Part shown: in pieces, positions 56,973 through 64,000 of the stretch
How the letters are laid out: every line of letters starts with the position of its first letter
Position numbering within the stretch: position 1 is the stretch's first letter
From: a virus
Direction: 5' to 3' (one strand)
IMG/VR virus record: IMGVR_UViG_3300002542_000355
Span: 11,781 to 75,780 of that record
Length of the DNA stretch: 64,000 bases
Made by a program: the position numbers and the translations under genes
The notes under the pieces: generated by a model
The model's database searches: none
What the model was told of the DNA's origin: nothing
Seen by the model: the letters and a program-made list of their open reading frames with translations, nothing else

Positions 56973-58091
56973 ATGCCTGTACCAGCGACAACGGGGGTTT
57001 TACGTACAACAATTCAAGATATGGAAATTGGTGATTATATAGTATGCAATTATCAAGCCAATAGTGGAACAGGCGGAGCGTTCAGTAATTTAGGTGGAGA
57101 AATTGATACAGAAATACCTATAAATGGTTCGGAAACACCAAATGGCAGTTTTTATTTTATAAAGGTTAATAAAGGATTGCTAGTTGCTGACCGAGTTGTA
57201 CAACATAGTATTTCATGGAATGTATTAAATGGAGCAAAATATATAGAAGGGTGTCCTTGGGATGTAAGTGCGATTCCTCCAATGACAAGTAATACTACTC
57301 CAAGTGGAGTAGCTAGTGCTAGTAGTATTTATAATAGCTCTTATGATGCTTGGAATGCATTTTGTGGTAATGATTCTAGCACCCCTTATCCGTGGAATAC
57401 TGCTAATGGAGTTAAAACTGGTTGGATTTCTTACCAATTTGAAAATCCAATTGTTATAAAAAAATACACAATAAAAGCAACATTTAACTCTGCTGATATA
57501 TCATCATCGCCTAAAAGTTGGATATTTGAGGGTTCACATGATAACATATCTTGGGAGATTTTAGATGTAAAAAATAATCAACCAGCTTGGAGTGTAAACG
57601 AAGTAAGGGGGTTCTCAATAGATAATGATGTTAGCTATTTATCATACAGAATTAGAGTTTTAGAAAATCACGGGGGGCCATATGTTATTATAAATAGAAT
57701 AAAAATGATGAAAGAAATAAATATTATCAGATCTCTTTCAGGAGGAGTTACATACTCTGATAGATTTGGAAATAGTTCAACTACTGATCAAGGATATGGA
57801 GGATGGCCTGCTAACAATGAATGGGATAAATATATCGCAAACTTTCCAAGAAACTTAATTCAATATGGAAAAACTTTAGATGATGTTTTTCATCATATTT
57901 CCGGTGGAGTTTATACTTGGTGTCAGGAAACAGCAATGCTAGGAATGAAGGCGGGAGAGAATGTAGCTAACACATCGGATAAAAGAATAATAAGAGGTAG
58001 AAATAATGATTTTCAAATTTCGTGGGAAACATATAATATTAACACTAATTTAGTCGGCTTTAGACCAGTATTGGAATATAAGGAGGTGTAA
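56973..58091 (+). CDS. receptor-binding protein: C-type-lectin-like scaffold with an inserted F5/8 type C (discoidin)-like module
   Basis: PMTSNTTPSG..WISYQF..IKKYTI..PKSWIFEGS..W; C-terminal GFRPVL. Confidence 0.6.
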   Translation: MPVPATTGVLRTTIQDMEIGDYIVCNYQANSGTGGAFSNLGGEIDTEIPINGSETPNGSFYFIKVNKGLLVADRVVQHSISWNVLNGAKYIEGCPWDVSAIPPMTSNTTPSGVASASSIYNSSYDAWNAFCGNDSSTPYPWNTANGVKTGWISYQFENPIVIKKYTIKATFNSADISSSPKSWIFEGSHDNISWEILDVKNNQPAWSVNEVRGFSIDNDVSYLSYRIRVLENHGGPYVIINRIKMMKEINIIRSLSGGVTYSDRFGNSSTTDQGYGGWPANNEWDKYIANFPRNLIQYGKTLDDVFHHISGGVYTWCQETAMLGMKAGENVANTSDKRIIRGRNNDFQISWETYNINTNLVGFRPVLEYKEV

Positions 58092-58096
58092 GGTAA

Positions 58097-61000
58097 TTGG
58101 CTAATATTGGCGATCAACTTACATCTCCTGAATCTGGTTGGAGAAGATACGATAATAATAGCGATGGTATAGCATATAATGGAACATGGTCAACTTGGTC
58201 AAATTCATCTCATTATAGAGGATCAACTGTATATTCTAATAGTGTAAATTCAAAAATCTTTTTTAAATTTAAAGGAACGAAATTAAGAATAATTTCTCCA
58301 ATGTATAGTTCTTCTCAAAAATACAGTACAAGTGTAGTTATAAAAATAGATGATGAAATAGAATATTTTTCAGTAAGATCATCTACAGACGCTAATTTTC
58401 AAAGATTGGTATATGAAAAAATTGGACTGAATTATGATATTCATCAAGTAGAAATTTACACAAATATTGAAGGTCAATTTTTTCATTTAGATGCTATTGA
58501 TATTGATGATATTGGCTATATTATAGCGTCAGTTGGATCTAGACTTACATCTCCTGAGCCGGGATGGAAAAGGTACGATAATAAAAATTCAGCCTTTCAG
58601 TATGTAGGATCTGGTTGGTATAGTTTATCTGATGTTCCTTCTCAATATTATCAAGGAGAAGGGATGTTTTCAGCGGTCAGAGGAGATAAAGTAAGATTTG
58701 ATTTTATTGGAAGCAACATCAGATTTGTAATGCAACGATACTCTAATAGACACGATAGCATTCCTGTTTATATCGATGATTTACTTGTTAATACGTATAG
58801 TGACTATGCGACATCAGCACTCCCAAGTGTATTAGTATTTGAATATACAGGATTGATGTGGGGAAGACATAAAGTTGAAATTATTGTTCCTAATGATGCT
58901 TCAGTAAATAAACTCATTTTATGGGACGCTGTAGATATTGATGAAAATGGGAGACTTCTTCATTCTGATGAGGTCTTAGATATTTCAGATTTAGAAGTTG
59001 GAAAACGTATTCGTTGCCACTATAATGCGTCAAGCAATCAATTTGGTGCATTCAGTAGATTGGGACAAGAAACTTCAGATTTTATTCCTGCTACATCCAC
59101 AGCAACACCAGATGGGGATTTTTATCTCATAATGGTTGAAGATTGGAATGGAATTAAACGATTAATAGCTGATAGAAATATTCAACATTCTATTTCATGG
59201 GACACATTAAATACAGTAGGAGTGGCATCGGGGAGCGGGTTACAGTTAAAATATAATATTCAAGAACGGCTTGAAGCTCTGTATCATTTTGAAGAAAGTG
59301 GTTCTATTTTAATTGATTCATTAAGTCGAAGAAATGGAAACATTACTGGAACAACGATAGTTACAGGTTATAATGGAGGAAATGCTAGAAGTTTTAGTGG
59401 AACAGATAAAATAACTTTTAATTCTCCAGTTATACCATTAGGAAAAAAAAGTATCAGGTTTAAGATTAAGAAGTCTACAATTCCTACTGCGGCAGAGTAC
59501 ATAATTTGGAATGCAATTTCATTTGCTGAAAAGGGTACTAATGTTGCTGTTCAAACTAATGGATCTATTGTATTTTTACTTTACAATGGAACAACCGAAA
59601 GTTTTAGGGTCACTGGAACAAAAAATATTTGTGATGGTCAATGGCATGATATTTTGTTAACATGGGATGGTACTGTCAATACAGACGGGGTTAAAATGTA
59701 TATTGATGATATGACAACCCCTCATGTAACTGGAACTTCTAGTGCAATAGAAACATCTGCATCTACTAGAAATCTTTCTATTTCTGGTCACACCGAAACA
59801 GCAAGGATGTTTAATGGAATATTAGATGAGTTAGAAATATACAATGATGTAATAGATCCTATTAACACTAAACCCATTTCTAATAATTATTTATACACGA
59901 TTCGACTTCTTACTGGTGGCATATTTTCTACAGACACAGACAATGAATGGAGCAAATATATTGTTAACTCTACTTTAAATGGAACAATTACAGCGGGAGA
60001 CAATGCGGTATGGAATTGGAATGGAATTGCATCTTGGACTTCAACTACACCAACCAACTCAGCTTCTAATAGAATGTGCAGAGGAAATGCTGGTGCTGGA
60101 AGTTATTATACAGATAGAGCATCGAGTATTGCAAATTCTGTTAATGGATTCAGACCAGTATTGATTATTGAAGATTTATCAATTTTTGGCGATTTAACAT
60201 CATCAATAAACATTAATAGTGATTATAAAAAATTAGAAAATGGATTTTATGGATATGATAAGTTATCCAATTTGTACGTACTTTATAATAATTCGTTAAT
60301 AAGTAATATTAATATTCGCTCTCATGGTCGAATGACGGGAAAAGTTGAAATTTCTCCTGTATATACATTGAATTTAGATTCACAAATTGATGTAAAACAA
60401 GTTTCACAATTGTTTTCAACTTTATCTGTTAATCCTAAAGGGCAAATGACGGGTATCGTGGATGTAATACCGCCGCCAAGAATCACAGTTGAAACCGCAA
60501 CGATTCAAGATGCCTTTGTTAGATCAAGTGTTCCGAGACTGAATTATGGTACAACACAGAAAATTTTGTTTGGATACAGTCAGGATTTAAATGATATATA
60601 TAGATCATTTATTAAATTTGACCTTAATCATATTCCTGAAAAAATGAGGATAACAAAGGCAATATTAAAGTTATATTTTGATTACGATTCTCAACCGGAA
60701 TTGCAAATACAAATAAAAGAGCTATTAGAAGACTGGACGGAATTAGGAATAACATGGGCAAATCAGCCTGTGGCTACAAATACTGTGGCTTCTTTGACAG
60801 TAGGTAGTACAAAGGGTTATATTGAGATTGACATACTGGATGTTGTAAATAGATGGTACAACGGAGATACAGAAAATAATGGCTTAATGATTCGATCTAC
60901 TGATGAATCGATACCATTATATTATAGTTTTTGTAGTAGAGAACATTCACAATTTAAACCAAAATTAGAGATCGAATACTTTGATCCTTTTCCGAAAAGT

Positions 61001-61747
61001 GTGGATTTAAGTGTTAGACAGGCGAGTTTAACTGTTAGAAGTAACAGATGGAAAGATCTATCATCTAAATTAAATGTCCGTACCACATGGGATTACAAAG
61101 AATTGGTATCCAGTATGCATATTTACAATTTTAATTATATGATTGAATCATCCATTACTGTAATAAGAAAAAATGTGTATTCAACAATGAAAGTAAGAAG
61201 AAGTGATAAGAGCAATCTTCCTTCTTCTTTTTCTATTAAGAAAACAGGTTTCCCAATAGATTTGTCCTCAAAATTATTTGTAAACAATCCAGATATTTAT
61301 TGCAATATTATAGTAAGACGAAGTGATAAATCATTACTGTCCGGTTCAGTTATTGCAAGAAGAACCGAGTGGAGTAAATTAAATTCTTCAATTAGTCAAA
61401 TTCGTACAAAGATTCATTGTAGTATCTCAGTTGTATTCTCAAGTTCTATAGATGGGAGTATAACTGTTAGACAAAAAAGGTGGGGAAATCTCCCGTCCCA
61501 TATTATAGCAATTAAACATAGAGAAAAAGATTTGGATGGAAATATTAGCGTATTTAAAAACGAGGATTTTCATGGTCATATATTTGTGCGTTCTGGATAC
61601 CTAAAGTCAAGTATTATGATTCCATATCGAGAAACATTTGATTTAAAAACAAGATTAAACGTTCAAGTATTTTATATTAGTGATCTAGAGAGCGTACTCA
61701 TAGTACAAGAAGATCCATATAATACTGCATATGCTTTTATATTATAA
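58097..61747 (+). CDS. large receptor-binding/tail fibre protein (repeats, CLec-like scaffold with LamG insert, DNRLRE domain)
   Basis: Tandem LTSPESGWRRYD repeats; LamG CDGQWHDILLTWDG..FNGILDELEIY; GFRPVL; DAFVRSS.P..NYG. Confidence 0.7.
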   Translation: MANIGDQLTSPESGWRRYDNNSDGIAYNGTWSTWSNSSHYRGSTVYSNSVNSKIFFKFKGTKLRIISPMYSSSQKYSTSVVIKIDDEIEYFSVRSSTDANFQRLVYEKIGLNYDIHQVEIYTNIEGQFFHLDAIDIDDIGYIIASVGSRLTSPEPGWKRYDNKNSAFQYVGSGWYSLSDVPSQYYQGEGMFSAVRGDKVRFDFIGSNIRFVMQRYSNRHDSIPVYIDDLLVNTYSDYATSALPSVLVFEYTGLMWGRHKVEIIVPNDASVNKLILWDAVDIDENGRLLHSDEVLDISDLEVGKRIRCHYNASSNQFGAFSRLGQETSDFIPATSTATPDGDFYLIMVEDWNGIKRLIADRNIQHSISWDTLNTVGVASGSGLQLKYNIQERLEALYHFEESGSILIDSLSRRNGNITGTTIVTGYNGGNARSFSGTDKITFNSPVIPLGKKSIRFKIKKSTIPTAAEYIIWNAISFAEKGTNVAVQTNGSIVFLLYNGTTESFRVTGTKNICDGQWHDILLTWDGTVNTDGVKMYIDDMTTPHVTGTSSAIETSASTRNLSISGHTETARMFNGILDELEIYNDVIDPINTKPISNNYLYTIRLLTGGIFSTDTDNEWSKYIVNSTLNGTITAGDNAVWNWNGIASWTSTTPTNSASNRMCRGNAGAGSYYTDRASSIANSVNGFRPVLIIEDLSIFGDLTSSININSDYKKLENGFYGYDKLSNLYVLYNNSLISNINIRSHGRMTGKVEISPVYTLNLDSQIDVKQVSQLFSTLSVNPKGQMTGIVDVIPPPRITVETATIQDAFVRSSVPRLNYGTTQKILFGYSQDLNDIYRSFIKFDLNHIPEKMRITKAILKLYFDYDSQPELQIQIKELLEDWTELGITWANQPVATNTVASLTVGSTKGYIEIDILDVVNRWYNGDTENNGLMIRSTDESIPLYYSFCSREHSQFKPKLEIEYFDPFPKSVDLSVRQASLTVRSNRWKDLSSKLNVRTTWDYKELVSSMHIYNFNYMIESSITVIRKNVYSTMKVRRSDKSNLPSSFSIKKTGFPIDLSSKLFVNNPDIYCNIIVRRSDKSLLSGSVIARRTEWSKLNSSISQIRTKIHCSISVVFSSSIDGSITVRQKRWGNLPSHIIAIKHREKDLDGNISVFKNEDFHGHIFVRSGYLKSSIMIPYRETFDLKTRLNVQVFYISDLESVLIVQEDPYNTAYAFIL

Positions 61748-61756
61748 AGAGTTTTT

Positions 61757-61787
61757 AACACGGGGTACTTGGAGTACCCCGTGTTTT
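61757..61787 (+). terminator. intrinsic terminator
   Basis: aacacggggtact/agtaccccgtgtt followed by a T run. Confidence 0.75.
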
Positions 61788-61812
61788 ATTAATTAGGGAA
61801 GGGGTATTAGTA

Positions 61813-62280
61813 GTGGATTACTTAAAAATTATGGTAATTTCAACAAAAGACCAGTTTGTAAAGATTTTTACAGATCATTTGTTTTATGTTGGGGGAGTGA
61901 TCGTAGGATATATTTGCTATTTAACTGGACTTACTACCAAAGAATTAATGAGTGCATTTATTTTAATTCTATGTGACATTGCATCAAGAGTATGGGCAGA
62001 AAAAGTAAATAAAAGGGCGATTTTATCCAAAAAAATGTACTCTGGATTTGTTGGTAAAATTATGGCTTATGCAATTTTATTTATTGCTGCCAATCACGCA
62101 TTTTACATTGGTGAATATCTAAAATATGTATTTCTTTCTGGTTTTGGTTTGATTGAGATTCGTTCGATTTATGAAAACTTAAAGGAGGCTAAACAGAAGC
62201 ACCTTGTATTCTTTGAAGACAAGATTTTACAAGAAGAAAAGAGGTTCAAAGAAAAAAAGAATGAAGACTTTAAAAAATAA
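61813..62280 (+). CDS. phage holin
   Basis: Hydrophobic segments; IEIRSIYENL motif; upstream of the endolysin. Confidence 0.8.
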   Translation: MDYLKIMVISTKDQFVKIFTDHLFYVGGVIVGYICYLTGLTTKELMSAFILILCDIASRVWAEKVNKRAILSKKMYSGFVGKIMAYAILFIAANHAFYIGEYLKYVFLSGFGLIEIRSIYENLKEAKQKHLVFFEDKILQEEKRFKEKKNEDFKK

Positions 62281-62300
62281 TATATTATTTTTTTTAGGAG

Positions 62301-63140
62301 GTGATATCATTGTCTTATAAAATTATTGAGCAATATTTAACTCCCAATCCCTATTCAAGGCCACAAACAAAAATAAAAAAAATACTTGGAATCGTTGTGC
62401 ATTGGGTTGCAAATCCAATGTCAACAGCGAAAAATAACAGAGATTATTTTGAGTCTTTGAGAACCAAAAAGAGTCTTTATGCTTCAGCACATGAAATTAT
62501 TGATCTTAATGGCGATATCATTATTTGTATTCCAAAAGATGAAATGGCCTACCATGTAGGGACTAATCGACCTTATAAGGCAGGGGCTACACAAATTTAT
62601 ACTCCTGCTGCATGGGAAAGACTAAATACAAATTCATCTAAAAAAATACAACCGTACCCTAACAACTGTACATATGGAATTGAATGTACACATGTTGACT
62701 GGACAGGCAAAATGACTGATGCAACGTATAACACACTCGTTGAACGTTGTGCTGACCTTTGCATTGAATTTAAACTCGATCCAATTATGGATTTGTGGAC
62801 ACATCAGGAGGTGGTTGGTTGGAAAGATTGCCACAGGTGGTTTGTGAACAACCCAAATGAGTGGAAAACATTCAAAGAAAAAGTCAAAACAGTAATGAAT
62901 CAAAAATTAAACAAGGAGGAAGAAGAAAAAATGATTCAACAATTGCAACAACAAATTAAACAATTGGAAAAAAAGATTGCTGATTTGGAAAAACGTCAAA
63001 AATTAGAGGCGATTCCTGATTGGGCAAAACAAGCCGTTGAAAATGCCGTTCAAAAAGGACTAATCGATACTCCCAACAATGGTAGTTATGATTTTTATCG
63101 CTTAGTTACGATTCTAGATCGCGCTGGACTTTTGAAATAA
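62301..63140 (+). CDS. endolysin, N-acetylmuramoyl-L-alanine amidase (Amidase_2) with an SLH-like tail
   Basis: IVVHWVAN, ASAHEII, AYHVG, YGIE, THQEV..KDC; C-terminal PDWAKQAVENAVQKGLI. Confidence 0.9.
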   Translation: MISLSYKIIEQYLTPNPYSRPQTKIKKILGIVVHWVANPMSTAKNNRDYFESLRTKKSLYASAHEIIDLNGDIIICIPKDEMAYHVGTNRPYKAGATQIYTPAAWERLNTNSSKKIQPYPNNCTYGIECTHVDWTGKMTDATYNTLVERCADLCIEFKLDPIMDLWTHQEVVGWKDCHRWFVNNPNEWKTFKEKVKTVMNQKLNKEEEEKMIQQLQQQIKQLEKKIADLEKRQKLEAIPDWAKQAVENAVQKGLIDTPNNGSYDFYRLVTILDRAGLLK

Positions 63141-63159
63141 GCAAAGGAGTGAATTATTA

Positions 63160-63555
63160 ATGGAAACATTGTATAGTATTATTGTGGTGGCAGTTATTGT
63201 TTGTATTGGATTTGTTTTAGTTCCGTATTTGGAGAAAAAAGGGTGGTACAAAAAAGATAGTATCGACTTATCTAAAAAGATTTTAAAGATTGTTGAGATT
63301 TTAGTTATGAAATATGGTAAAGATCAAGCTTTTAAAGATAAATATATTGTGATTCATGTTGTTGTGGAAGACATTGTTGATTTTGTTGAAGTAATTGCTA
63401 CATATGAAGATAATGAAGATAAAAAGAAGATGGCGTTTGATATGTGTATCGCCACTTTAGAGAAATTGGGCTTTACTATTGATGAGGATGACAAATTAAT
63501 TATTGAATTTGCTATTGAATCTGCTGTTGAATTACTCCCTCCAACGTCAAAATAA
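63160..63555 (+). CDS. holin-like membrane protein
   Basis: N-terminal transmembrane helix; KKKMAF..IESAV motif. Confidence 0.55.
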   Translation: METLYSIIVVAVIVCIGFVLVPYLEKKGWYKKDSIDLSKKILKIVEILVMKYGKDQAFKDKYIVIHVVVEDIVDFVEVIATYEDNEDKKKMAFDMCIATLEKLGFTIDEDDKLIIEFAIESAVELLPPTSK

Positions 63556-63694
63556 ACTGATTTTTGTTGTCCTAATTAAAGTCTAAAATATCAATAATAT
63601 CAATATATTAACCTCCCTCAAGTAAAATTTGAAAAATCTGCATTGTTGTCCTAAATTCGACATTATACGACATATTACTTGAGGGAGGCTTTTT

Positions 63695-64000
63695 TTAATA
63701 GCGTATACATAACATACCATGTTCATTAGGCACATTCATCAAAGATTTGGTTCCATCTTTGTAAATGATCCTGTATCCCTCCTCTATTACTTCTATTTGT
63801 TTAACATATTCCTCTACCGGCTTTTCAATTTTCTTTTTATGAATTTCTAAATGACGAATGATGACGTTGATGATCTCCTCTTCTTCGATAAAGAAGCTTG
63901 AACAAAATTCTTTTCCATAGTTAGCGAAACCCGAGCAGATATATGCTGGCTTCTTACGAAACATTTTGAATTTATAGTTTTTGCCACAATTTTTACATTT
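63695..64000 (-). CDS. recombinase zinc-beta-ribbon-like protein, partial (starts beyond the window)
   Basis: Frame open to the edge: KCKNCGKNY..AYICSGFANYGKEFCS..IEEEEI. Confidence 0.65.
   Translation of the reverse strand, partial: KCKNCGKNYKFKMFRKKPAYICSGFANYGKEFCSSFFIEEEEIINVIIRHLEIHKKKIEKPVEEYVKQIEVIEEGYRIIYKDGTKSLMNVPNEHGMLCIRY

Noticed and set aside
26165-60164. Many short antisense or out-of-frame ORFs within the late genes (for example 28779-29165, 49286-49789, 54132-54587)
   Set aside because: Fully nested in long, well-supported genes and lacking an RBS or recognisable motifs.
56973-61747. Diversity-generating retroelement
   Set aside because: GFRPVL ends are present, but there is no reverse transcriptase and no TR/VR pair differing only at adenines in the window.
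1-64000. tRNA/rRNA genes, arbitrium (aimR/aimP) genes, and a YonO-type RNA polymerase
   Set aside because: None recognised in this window; they may lie elsewhere in the genome.

Overview
AT-rich (about 30% GC) segment of a large SPbeta-like tailed phage or prophage of a Bacillota host. A Paenibacillaceae-like host is inferred from the stalk-domain moron and the SLH-like endolysin tail. Positions 1-17951 are read leftward: an early/accessory region of small genes, then two winged-helix paralogues with an iteron-like repeat block, a RecD2 helicase and a YopP-like tyrosine-recombinase-fold protein. Positions 18132-63555 are a rightward late region: putative regulator, HU, PhoH, YonK/YonJ-like genes, terminase, portal, scaffold, capsid, head-tail genes, tail tube, YomM-like recombinase, tape measure, split Dit, Tal, PAAR-like tip, receptor-binding proteins, holins and amidase. 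The most notable signal is non-coding. The early transcript starts with an approximately 550-nt structured leader carrying boxA-like motifs. It is then punctuated by two type I hammerhead ribozymes, whose CUGA core supplies the upstream gene's stop codon, and one pistol ribozyme, plus several long U-tract-less hairpins. The window also holds a group I intron in the tape measure gene and a non-autonomous IS1341-type tnpB element. All calls were made by eye from sequence, motifs and synteny; no database searches or folding software were run. No CRISPR array, tRNA or rRNA was seen.
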